From: a virus
Taxonomy: Duplodnaviria > Caudoviricetes
Strand: one strand, 5' to 3'
IMG/VR virus record: IMGVR_UViG_3300038379_000845
Location: 1 to 38,114 of that record
DNA: 38,114 nt
Below the pieces are notes generated by a model that did no database searches, was not told the origin of the DNA, and worked only from the letters and a program-made list of their open reading frames with translations. Below are positions 19,705 through 27,404 of this stretch, one piece after another. Numbering within the stretch: the stretch's first letter is position 1; each line of letters opens with the position of its first letter. The translations under genes and the position numbers were made by a program.

Positions 19705-20430
19705 ATGCTATGCGACGCCTTCATTTGCTGCGCGCCGAAAGACGAGTCCGCACTGCCGGACGTGGTGGCATCGCTGCGCAGCTACACGGACGTACAGGAT
19801 ATTTACGTCTGTTCACCCAGTCCGTTGCAATGCCAGGTCGATGTGCTGAACGTGCTGGATCACGAAGTGCTTGATTGCCGGCCTGACCTGTGGCGCTATC
19901 GGCCGAACTGGATCAAGCAGCAGTTTTTGAAACTATTTCAACATGTCACCCGCGATTGGTACTTTGTCGTGGACTGCGACACGATCCTGCTGCGGCAGCT
20001 CGATCTGTTCGTGGATGGCCGACCAGTTTGGCTGCTGGGGGCCGAGCAGTCCCATCAACCGTACTGGAAATTTCAAATCAAAATGTGCGAGCTGTATCGT
20101 AACTGCGAGCACTCATTCATTTCGCACACCGGGCTGTACGATCGAGCGGTGATCGACGCGTTGCTGCGCGATCACCATCACACCGTCGATTCGTTCCTCC
20201 GGAAAAGCTACGATATCGTGGCCGAGAACTGCTTGCCGTCGGAGTCGCAAATCTACGGCACGTACGTGGTGCAGCAGGGCGGTTTCGGCTATATCTTCCG
20301 CCGGCCGAAGCAGTGGGAAGGCACGGTGTTGCCACCGCGCGAATGGCTGTTGGCGGAGGGGTTCGAGTTGGCCACATGTCACAGGTGGGAGCTGAGTACG
20401 GAGTACGGAGTACGGAGTACGGAGTACTGA
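19705..20430 (+). CDS. Putative GT-A/nucleotide-diphospho-sugar transferase-like protein
   Basis: WIKQQFLKL and YFVVDCDTILLR (DxD). The true start is ATG 19705, not 18910. Confidence 0.7.
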   Translation: MLCDAFICCAPKDESALPDVVASLRSYTDVQDIYVCSPSPLQCQVDVLNVLDHEVLDCRPDLWRYRPNWIKQQFLKLFQHVTRDWYFVVDCDTILLRQLDLFVDGRPVWLLGAEQSHQPYWKFQIKMCELYRNCEHSFISHTGLYDRAVIDALLRDHHHTVDSFLRKSYDIVAENCLPSESQIYGTYVVQQGGFGYIFRRPKQWEGTVLPPREWLLAEGFELATCHRWELSTEYGVRSTEY

Positions 20431-20480
20431 GTACTGAATACTGAGTACGGAGCACTGAGTACGGAGTACTGAGTACGGAG
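20394..20480. repeat. (GAGTAC[G/T])12 degenerate heptamer repeat
   Basis: Twelve units spanning the stop of the upstream gene and supplying the GGAGG RBS of the next; inverted relative to the 19641 tract. Confidence 0.95.
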
Positions 20481-20486
20481 GAAGCA

Positions 20487-21245
20487 ATGCTCGGCGTAAT
20501 CGTCTTCACTCACCGCCGGCCGTTGCAGCTGCACGGCTACCTCCAATCGCTGTACGCGTGCCTGGAGCCGACCACGGTGATTGCCGTCGTGGGGTCCGGC
20601 GATTACCGAATTACCGAACAGGCGTTTCCACGGGTCCGCTGGGTGCCGGAGAATGAGCATGGGTCGTTCGGCCACACGCTGCTGTACGAGCTCGAACAAC
20701 TGAAGACGCAGTATCTGTTGTTTGGCTGCGACGATGTCGTGTGGTTCCGGTCGCCTGGAGTGTACTGGCGTGCCTTGTCGTTTTCAGACTGCCTAGGGTT
20801 CTCCTGCCGGCTGGGAAAGAATATTGAGGGATTCAGATCACGCCGCTGGCAGTGGTCCGACTATCCGGCCAGCTCACACTGGGGTTATCCTCTCGAGCTG
20901 ACCGGCACGATCTACCGGCTGGCCGACCTGCGGCCGATCGTGCAGGCCGTCGGGCCCGAGGTCCGCAATCCAAACCACCTGGAAGAGCAGATGACGGCTC
21001 ACCTGCCGTGGCATTTGCCGGTGATGGAATGCCCGAAACAGCAATGCTGCATTAGCCTGATGGCAAATACGGTACAGACTGAAACTTCAGATGGCACCGG
21101 CGCGGTGCGGCCGGAATGGAGCCCCGAGGCGCTTCACCAAAAATATGAAGCCGGTTGGCGGCTAAACTGGATGGACGCGAGGTTTGAAACGTTCGACAAC
21201 GTCTACGAAACGAATTACCTTCCGCTGCGGAAAATCGGTGACTAA
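20487..21245 (+). CDS. Putative GT-A glycosyltransferase
   Basis: VIVFTHRRPLQLHGYLQSL, YLLFGCDDVVW, FSCRLG, WGYPLELTG, NPNHLE. Confidence 0.7.
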   Translation: MLGVIVFTHRRPLQLHGYLQSLYACLEPTTVIAVVGSGDYRITEQAFPRVRWVPENEHGSFGHTLLYELEQLKTQYLLFGCDDVVWFRSPGVYWRALSFSDCLGFSCRLGKNIEGFRSRRWQWSDYPASSHWGYPLELTGTIYRLADLRPIVQAVGPEVRNPNHLEEQMTAHLPWHLPVMECPKQQCCISLMANTVQTETSDGTGAVRPEWSPEALHQKYEAGWRLNWMDARFETFDNVYETNYLPLRKIGD

Positions 21246-21248
21246 CAG

Positions 21249-23486
21249 ATGGTCAGACAACTAATCGACTACGGCACGGCCGGCGCGAACGACGGTGAAA
21301 AGCTGTTCACCGCCATCCCCAAGCTTGACATCCGTTCCACCAGGATTGGCCAATTCGATCCGGCCACGAGCACGCCGTACACGCTGGTCAGCGGCGTGAC
21401 CGGCGGCTCGGCCGCGTTCACCCACGAGGACGGCGACGAGTACGTCGTGGCGGTGAGCGGCGTAGCCTGGTGGACCTACGATTTCGGCGGCATGACCGGC
21501 AAGGTGACGTTGCAGAACAACGACCTGGTGCAGTGGGACGCCGACGCCGAGAGGTGGAACGTGGTTCGCAACAGCACACCCAACATCTGGAGCATGACGG
21601 AGCTGCGGCAGTGGTACGGAGCCTACGTGGGCGAGATTGTCCAGCTCCGACAGTATTACACCGCTGGCGCGGCAGCCTTCCGCGGCGCGGGGACATTTTC
21701 GTATATCGGCGGACCACAGACGGACGACGGTGGCATCGTCATCAGCAACGAAATCGACAACGGCTGGCGGCGGTTGGAGGTCGACGATACTGTCAGCCCG
21801 TTTTGGTTCGGGGCCCGCGGCGATGGGGTGCTGAACGATGCGATTGCCTTCAACGACGCGGCGGCTTATTGTCGCGCGAATGACGCCGGCATCCTGCAGC
21901 AAGGCGGCGACGTGATTTTCCGCATCGATAACACGGTGGATTTCCGCGATATCAAATCGGTGTGGATCGAGGGCCTGTTCGATACCGACCTGGAAAACGT
22001 GGTGGTGCTGCAGGCCGGCAGCAACCTGGTGGACATCAATTCAGGGAACATCTATCTACGTGTACAGCGCTTCACCGGCGACTGGGATTTCGACGACGCG
22101 GGAAGCGTGGGGATTCGCATCATCGGCGATATCCGCTCCAGCCAGGTTGTGCTGGAAGCTAACGGGTTTGAGCGCAACATTGAGCTGTATTCCCCCAGCT
22201 TCGATCGGCCAGTCACCAGCAACATTATTCGCGTGCTGCGCTGCGTCTGGGGAAAGTACCAGTTCGTGTTCAAAACCGACCAGATCGGCGGCACGCCGAA
22301 CGTGGCAACCGACGGCTGGATCACTGAGAACCTGATCTCATTCGGCTACTTCTCGGGCGGCACCGGCAGCCCCTCGGGCACCCGCAACGACGCCGAGCTG
22401 CTGTTCGACTGCGACGGGGCCTGGGGCGCGCAGGATAACTTCTTCCGCGATTGCGCGTTCGAGGGGAACGCCGACGCACTGGTGAAACTGGATGGCAACA
22501 GCAGCAACGTGGGCAATCGGATCGAGGCGGCGCGGATCGAACTGAATCAGAGCAGCGGCATCGAATACGCCCTGGTCGAAAACACGCAGGCCTCGTCCAG
22601 CGAAATCTGGATCACGACCAAGACTTTGGCGGTCGACGACGGCGGTTCCACGCAGGTCTGGACGCTGAACCTGACCGGCGGCGCGAGCGACAACACGCTG
22701 GTGGATTTCGAGTACCTGCGGCGAAAATCCACACGTAGCTCGGGCTTTTGCGACTGCGGAGACCCGACAAACGTGGGCGGCGGCGTGATCGAATTTCCGC
22801 GAGCCAACTGCTACGAGGGCTATACGCCCGCGAAGAAATCCACGCGACAAGTGGGGCCCACCGACTACTCCATCGGCCGCGGCGGGGCCATCGTCAGCAA
22901 CTCGCGACAGGGGCCCGGCATCCGGCTGAAGCGCCAATCGACGAGCGTCGGGCGGCCGAGTTTCTGGAAACTGAATCAGCGTCAGGAATACCTGATCGTG
23001 GCGCTAGGTGTCGAGAAAACGTTCACCGCCTCGGGAGCCACGATCACCAGCAGCAACCACGGCCTGGCCAACGACGATCGCGTGTTCCTGGAAAACAGCG
23101 CGTCGCCGGCAGCCCCGGACCTGCCCAATGGCTTCAGCGAAAACGTGCCATATTGGGTCAAGGCCGTGACGACGAACACGTTCGAGATTTCGTTGACCCA
23201 GGGCGGGGCCTCGATCACCTCGACCGATGCCGGCACCGGCACCCACTACTGGAAGGAGATTTTCAAGTCGCTCAGCCCGATCAAGTACGTCCAGGGCCGC
23301 AGTATACAGGTGTATAACAACGCCTCGTTTGCCCTGCGTGGATCGGACTGGTTTTTCTGCGATCGCGACGTGGCCGAGATCATCATCATCTGCGGCCACT
23401 ATTACCAAAACGACGATCGAATCGTCAGTTTCTGGGTGGAGGAAACCAGTGGTGCGCTGTGGGACCAGATTGACCAGGTCATATAA
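21249..23486 (+). CDS. Tailspike / tail fibre with pectate-lyase-like beta-helix
   Basis: GAGTF..., DDGGIVI...GWRR and VSPFWFGARGDGVLNDAIAFNDAAAY (typical beta-helix entry), Asn/Gly-rich repeats, and a C-terminal ITSSNHGLANDDRV module. Confidence 0.8.
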   Translation: MVRQLIDYGTAGANDGEKLFTAIPKLDIRSTRIGQFDPATSTPYTLVSGVTGGSAAFTHEDGDEYVVAVSGVAWWTYDFGGMTGKVTLQNNDLVQWDADAERWNVVRNSTPNIWSMTELRQWYGAYVGEIVQLRQYYTAGAAAFRGAGTFSYIGGPQTDDGGIVISNEIDNGWRRLEVDDTVSPFWFGARGDGVLNDAIAFNDAAAYCRANDAGILQQGGDVIFRIDNTVDFRDIKSVWIEGLFDTDLENVVVLQAGSNLVDINSGNIYLRVQRFTGDWDFDDAGSVGIRIIGDIRSSQVVLEANGFERNIELYSPSFDRPVTSNIIRVLRCVWGKYQFVFKTDQIGGTPNVATDGWITENLISFGYFSGGTGSPSGTRNDAELLFDCDGAWGAQDNFFRDCAFEGNADALVKLDGNSSNVGNRIEAARIELNQSSGIEYALVENTQASSSEIWITTKTLAVDDGGSTQVWTLNLTGGASDNTLVDFEYLRRKSTRSSGFCDCGDPTNVGGGVIEFPRANCYEGYTPAKKSTRQVGPTDYSIGRGGAIVSNSRQGPGIRLKRQSTSVGRPSFWKLNQRQEYLIVALGVEKTFTASGATITSSNHGLANDDRVFLENSASPAAPDLPNGFSENVPYWVKAVTTNTFEISLTQGGASITSTDAGTGTHYWKEIFKSLSPIKYVQGRSIQVYNNASFALRGSDWFFCDRDVAEIIIICGHYYQNDDRIVSFWVEETSGALWDQIDQVI

Positions 23487-23491
23487 ACTGC

Positions 23492-24130
23492 TCAGTTCAA
23501 TCGCCGTGAGATATCCACCAGCAACCGCCGGTCCCGCGAGGAAGCTCGCCGGAATCGTCTGATCAGGGTGCGTTCGTCCTCATCCCGCTGGTGAAGTTCG
23601 TCAGCAGTATAGAATTGCCGCGGCAGTTGCACGTCGCCGGAGGCCTGCAGTAATAACCGCAGTGGATCCAGGTAATGCGACATCACACCCAGGTGGCAGC
23701 CATGCACGATTCGCCCTGCTTCAGCATTGGCCTGCGACCATAGATTGATCCCCAGCCTTCGCAAACCCTGGGGCGTGAATTTTGATACCCCCGCGGCCTG
23801 GCAGATGCGATCCATCTCGCGGCGCAATTGCCGATGACAGCTTGTCAGATTAAATAGCCGATCGGAATCTCGTGGCAACGATGCAATGTGGCGCCGAACA
23901 ACGTTGTTCAATGGAATCCGATGGATGCGCCCCGTTTTGTTACTCCGCAGCTCAATGTTCTCGGCTACATTCTGCCACCTCAGCTCCTTCAGATCAGACA
24001 ACGCAGAGGTCGCTGGTTCGAATCCAGTCGCCCCGACTATTCCGATGATGACTTTTAGGGTAATATGCACGTGCGACCAAAGCAAATCCATGGGGCGAGA
24101 TTCGTGGATGAATTCCTGAGCGTCATTCAC
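23492..24130 (-). pseudogene. int: Tyrosine recombinase/integrase catalytic domain, N-terminally truncated at the att site
   Basis: LSDLKELRW, KTGR.HRIPL, TPQGLRR and MSHY are present. The first catalytic Arg and the N-terminal domains are absent, replaced by antisense tRNA sequence (VGATGFEPATSA). Confidence 0.7.
23997..24039 (+). other. attP-like core: 3' half of a tRNA gene (possibly tRNA-Val GAC)
   Basis: GACAA-CGCAG-AGGTC-GCTGG TTCGAAT CCAGT-CGCCCCG-A corresponds to part of the anticodon loop, 3' anticodon stem, variable loop, T arm and acceptor strand. No 5' half is present. Confidence 0.85.
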
Positions 24131-24298
24131 CAGCGAATGGACGATCTGGGCTGGACTAGGTACCGATTAGCCCAAGAGGCCAAAATCAGTCAGACACATG
24201 TCCACAGGATCATGAATGGGGAGCAGGTACCCAGCGTGGAAGTCGCAGATAAATTAGCAAAAGCGCTGGGCCTCCAGCTCAAACTAGTAAGTCGATGA
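24065..24298 (+). CDS. XRE-family helix-turn-helix regulator (Cro/CI-like)
   Basis: GWTRYRLAQEAKISQTHVHRIMNGEQVPSVEVADKLAKALG; the start may be further downstream. Confidence 0.9.
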   Translation: MHVRPKQIHGARFVDEFLSVIHQRMDDLGWTRYRLAQEAKISQTHVHRIMNGEQVPSVEVADKLAKALGLQLKLVSR

Positions 24299-24471
24299 TG
24301 CCATCGACATTCTTCACAGGCGGTCGTCTCAACCGCCTGCCACGGTAGTGTGATTCACGCACGTACTTCGATGGCGATCACGTCGCCGCACTCTCGCCGT
24401 CCATCCCAGGCCTCGGAACACACGGACCAGCGACCAGCCTGGTCGCTGGCTATTATTCCAACCAACCAGCC

Positions 24472-24500
24472 TTGACCTAGCCTAACCTATAAGTTAGTAT
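24472..24500 (+). promoter_or_regulatory. Sigma70-type early promoter with overlapping palindromic operator
   Basis: TTGACC (24472-24477), 17-nt spacer, TAGTAT (24495-24500); inverted repeat CTAAC-N6-GTTAG at 24482-24497. Confidence 0.7.
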
Positions 24501-24571
24501 CCGTCCTTCGTTGGCCGCGTGGCCCCGAGCGGCCTGGTCTCCGCGTTCCTGTGTTGTCGACACCTCGGGGC

Positions 24572-24648
24572 GTTTTCCGCCTGCTGCTTCTTGAGCAGGC
24601 GGCGGATTGAAACGGCGGCGGATTGAAACGGCGGATTGAAACTGAAAC
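24572..24648 (+). repeat. Solitary CRISPR-repeat-like unit ending ATTGAAAC plus three nested 3'-end copies
   Basis: GTTTTCCGCCTGCTGCTTCTTGAGCAGGCGGCGGATTGAAAC (9-bp stem CCGCCTGCT/AGCAGGCGG), then GGCGGCGGATTGAAAC, GGCGGATTGAAAC and TGAAAC. Confidence 0.65.
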
Positions 24649-24661
24649 GAGCAGGTGCAGG

Positions 24662-24970
24662 ATGCTGACTCTCTCGCGGGATGTGCAAGAGTCGATCGTG
24701 GTGGTGGGGCCGGGGGGCGATTTACTCGAAATCTGCGTACAGCAGATCAAAGCAGGCCGAGTACGCCTGGCCTTCACCACTCCTCCCGAATACACGATCT
24801 GTCGGGCGGAGGTCTATCGGTCGCAAAAATCTGGCCGAGCCGTGGACGAATGCTCGTCGAGGCTGTTGTCCAAGTGCCCGACCTGCCAACACGTGCGGGT
24901 CGAACTGCGAAAGGACGGCTTGGCCTTCTGCCGGGCGTGCGACGCGCTGTTTGATCCCAGCGTGCAGTAG
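24662..24970 (+). CDS. csrA: CsrA/RsmA-like RNA-binding protein with C-terminal zinc ribbon
   Basis: MLTLSRDVQESIVV...RVRLAFTTPPEYTICRAE follows the CsrA pattern, then CPTC...CRAC. Confidence 0.75.
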   Translation: MLTLSRDVQESIVVVGPGGDLLEICVQQIKAGRVRLAFTTPPEYTICRAEVYRSQKSGRAVDECSSRLLSKCPTCQHVRVELRKDGLAFCRACDALFDPSVQ

Positions 24971-24999
24971 CTAGTACGGACGGATGACGGAGGACTGAC

Positions 25000-25200
25000 A
25001 TGGATTTGGTTTACTTTGCCGCTGGTTTCGCATTGGGATTCGGTGCGGCTGCCGCCTGGTTGTCGTGGCTGAATCACCAGAGCACCTGCTGGCTGCTGGA
25101 TCGGTACCAGGACGCGCTGGAGGAAATCGAGCGGCGTGGCGGCGGCACGATCAAACGCTGCGAGCGACCATCGACGATCCATTTGCACGGGAGCAACTGA
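25000..25200 (+). CDS. Small membrane protein
   Basis: GGAGG RBS and an N-terminal TM segment. Confidence 0.6.
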   Translation: MDLVYFAAGFALGFGAAAAWLSWLNHQSTCWLLDRYQDALEEIERRGGGTIKRCERPSTIHLHGSN

Positions 25201-25319
25201 TGTTTTGTTCACTATGCATGGTGGCGATTATCACGGCGTGCTCGGCCGCCATGGCCATCGAGCTGCTGGCCGCCGCGGCGGATCACGTGTGGCAAGAACT
25301 AGCCTGGCGACGCGAGCAA

Positions 25320-25456
25320 ATTAAGCGAGACACTCTGCTGAGGAGCCGGATCTCACCGGCGAAAGTGAGAACAGCTACGGACCTCGCGCGCCGTGTAGCA
25401 CTCACTATTACTCTGCACGATGGACGGCGGGGCGCTTGCCCCGTCCGTCCTATTTT
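25320..25456 (+). ncRNA. Candidate tracrRNA
   Basis: Successive hairpins; TTACTCTGCA (25408-25417) is complementary to repeat TGCAGAGTGA; ends in a 12-bp GC hairpin plus TATTTT just before the cas gene. The 5' boundary is a guess. Confidence 0.55.
25422..25456 (+). terminator. Terminator-like hairpin
   Basis: GGACGGCGGGGC-GCTT-GCCCCG(T)CCGTCC followed by TATTTT. Confidence 0.65.
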
Positions 25457-25470
25457 CACAAGGGGGAAAG

Positions 25471-26787
25471 ATGATTCGTGCGACACGTATCGAGTTGATC
25501 GTGCCGAAGGAACGCAAGCCAATCTGGAAGGAATTGGCGGAGCAATGCCAGCAGGCGACTAATCGCTTGTGGCAGGTCTGGTTGTGTCACCATGTGGCTA
25601 ACGATTCTGCCAGCAAAATGCAGGGTTATATGGATCGATATCAGTCTTGGAAAACCGACAAGATCGGTGACAAGCCGACGTGTCCCGTGAAACCGATTGA
25701 CAAGGAGTTATCAGGCAAACTCTATCACGACCTGAGCCAACGCTATCCGGCGCTGAATAGCCGCACGCGAGGCTTGCTGCAGAACAAGTGGCAGCAGACC
25801 GTCCGCACGCGTAAGGCCAGCCGCGGGAGTCTGTCGGGCTGGCTGTCGATCTTGTTTTGCCGGGAATCGATCCCCAGTTTTCAGCGGCCCGTGCCAATCC
25901 CCTTCGACAAGCAAAATGGTCGTCTCAGCAGCAGCGGCACTGGCAGGTACGTGTTGCAGGTCCGTATCGATCGCGTCGCGACGACGAATGGTAAACGGCC
26001 TGCTGGAAAATCGACGTTCGACGAGTGTGTGATGCTGCTCGGCAAACGCAAGATGTGGTCGGTCAAATTGATTGTCGACCGGATTCTGAGCGGCGAGTAC
26101 AACTTTAAGGGCTCGGCCCTATGCTACGACCGTGGCAAGTGGTTCGCGCTGGTCTCGTACGAGATGCCCGCGACCAGCGACGTGGTGCTGGATGCGGACA
26201 AGGTACTGCACGTTTGGCCAGCGCATCGAGGACCGGACAAGCGTCGCCATGAGCATCCGCGCGACGACCTGCGTCGCGGACCGTGGCTGTTCAAGATTGC
26301 CGGCCAACAACCTCGCTTCCTAGGCGGCGACGGAAAACATGTCAGTCGCTTTCGCGACCTCTTGACGCGCGGCCGCTTCGAGCGGCAGGAGCATTACCGC
26401 TGGGCCGGTTCCGCGCAGAAGGGACATGGACGCCAGCGTGCCATCGCCGCCTGGACGAAGCTGGGTTCACGGTGGAAGCATTTCGTCAAACGCTACAACC
26501 ACGAGATAACGCGTCGTGTGCTGAACATCGCCATGGAGCATCGCTGCGGCCAAATCGTGTACCACCAGCCGTTGAACACGCGGCGTGAGCGATGCTTCCT
26601 CACGGGACGTGGCAACGTCGGCGCGCGGACAGCGTGGGACTATTTCCAGTTCGGCACCCTGCTGGCGAGCAAGTGCGAGCAATACGGGATCAAGTGTGAG
26701 ATCAGGAAGAGAGAGCAGGTTCGCGATAATGGCTTTGACGAGCGAGGAAGAGATGAGACAAATTCCGACGTCGTGCCTGTTGTGTGA
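25471..26787 (+). CDS. cas12f: Cas12f-like type V effector, predicted nuclease-dead (438 aa)
   Basis: Collinear Cas12f1-like blocks: ILFCRESIPSFQRPVPI, IVDRILSGEY, KWFALVSY, LDADKVL, KGHGR, RYNHEITRRVLNIAMEHRCGQI, WDYFQFGTLLASKCEQYGI. RuvC-I GIDLG is replaced by HVWPA and RuvC-II MEDL by YHQP; the zinc finger and RuvC-III are missing. Lies next to a CRISPR array. Confidence 0.85.
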   Translation: MIRATRIELIVPKERKPIWKELAEQCQQATNRLWQVWLCHHVANDSASKMQGYMDRYQSWKTDKIGDKPTCPVKPIDKELSGKLYHDLSQRYPALNSRTRGLLQNKWQQTVRTRKASRGSLSGWLSILFCRESIPSFQRPVPIPFDKQNGRLSSSGTGRYVLQVRIDRVATTNGKRPAGKSTFDECVMLLGKRKMWSVKLIVDRILSGEYNFKGSALCYDRGKWFALVSYEMPATSDVVLDADKVLHVWPAHRGPDKRRHEHPRDDLRRGPWLFKIAGQQPRFLGGDGKHVSRFRDLLTRGRFERQEHYRWAGSAQKGHGRQRAIAAWTKLGSRWKHFVKRYNHEITRRVLNIAMEHRCGQIVYHQPLNTRRERCFLTGRGNVGARTAWDYFQFGTLLASKCEQYGIKCEIRKREQVRDNGFDERGRDETNSDVVPVV

Positions 26788-26992
26788 CCGGCTGGTCACG
26801 CAATCGGCCATGGCGGTGCTCAGTGGTTCGGCACCGTTGTGTCAGGAACATCGAACCTATCGATCCGTAATCAGGAGATTGACAGATGTCCACCAAGAAT
26901 TGGCGCACGAAATTGAACCTGGCAAGAGATCTGAAAAAACGGGGGATTCAACTGCTGTTCGAACGCATGACCGTGCTGGCGCAGGTCCATGA
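26753..26992 (+). CDS. Possible small zinc-binding protein
   Basis: GAGGAAGAG then ATG; CLLC...CQEH; overlaps both neighbours. Confidence 0.3.
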   Translation: MRQIPTSCLLCDRLVTQSAMAVLSGSAPLCQEHRTYRSVIRRLTDVHQELAHEIEPGKRSEKTGDSTAVRTHDRAGAGP

Positions 26993-27404
26993 CGATCCTG
27001 AATTCCGCGCCTGGTGCGCTGCCGAAAACCGCGACCTGTACAACGAACTCGATCACGATGTGGACGACACCGCGGCTACATTCATGACACTTAAGGCGGT
27101 GCTCGACCATTTCCCCAATCGCGAAGATTGGCAGACTAAGGGCTTGCCCACCATGATCGCGGAAATCCAGGTCAAGCAGCGCGCGGAACGGAAGCCGCGG
27201 GAAACCGTGAGCCACAAGCAGCGGGCCGACGACGCGGAGAAACTAGTGGAACAACTGCAAGACGAAGTCGATCGTCTGCGGGCCGAGAATTCGCTGCTTC
27301 GGGAACAAGTCGCCGAACTCAAAGAGTCCTTGGCCTTCGCCCACCGCACGCTGAGCAACGACTTACGAACGCGGGGTACCACCCCATGTAAGAATGCAGG
27401 GTGA
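26886..27404 (+). CDS. Uncharacterised helical/coiled-coil protein between the cas gene and the array
   Basis: AGGAG RBS; heptad-rich LVEQLQDEVDRLRAENSLLREQVAELKESL; the stop codon lies inside CRISPR repeat 1. Confidence 0.75.
   Translation: MSTKNWRTKLNLARDLKKRGIQLLFERMTVLAQVHDDPEFRAWCAAENRDLYNELDHDVDDTAATFMTLKAVLDHFPNREDWQTKGLPTMIAEIQVKQRAERKPRETVSHKQRADDAEKLVEQLQDEVDRLRAENSLLREQVAELKESLAFAHRTLSNDLRTRGTTPCKNAG

Noticed and set aside
19641-20480. Heptamer tracts as a CRISPR array or DGR repeats
   Set aside because: They are simple tandem repeats without spacers; no reverse transcriptase or adenine-specific TR/VR pair was seen.
23997-24039. Complete tRNA gene
   Set aside because: Only the 3' half is present, with no D arm or 5' acceptor strand, so it was treated as an att core.
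25200-25562. ORF MFCSLCMVAII... overlapping the tracr candidate and cas start
   Set aside because: The hydrophobic 5' part may be real, but the ORF runs through a structured RNA/terminator and about 90 nt into cas; support is insufficient.
25471-26787. IS200/IS605 TnpB transposon or active Cas12 nuclease
   Set aside because: No tnpA or IS ends were seen, a CRISPR array is adjacent, and the RuvC acidic residues and zinc finger are missing.
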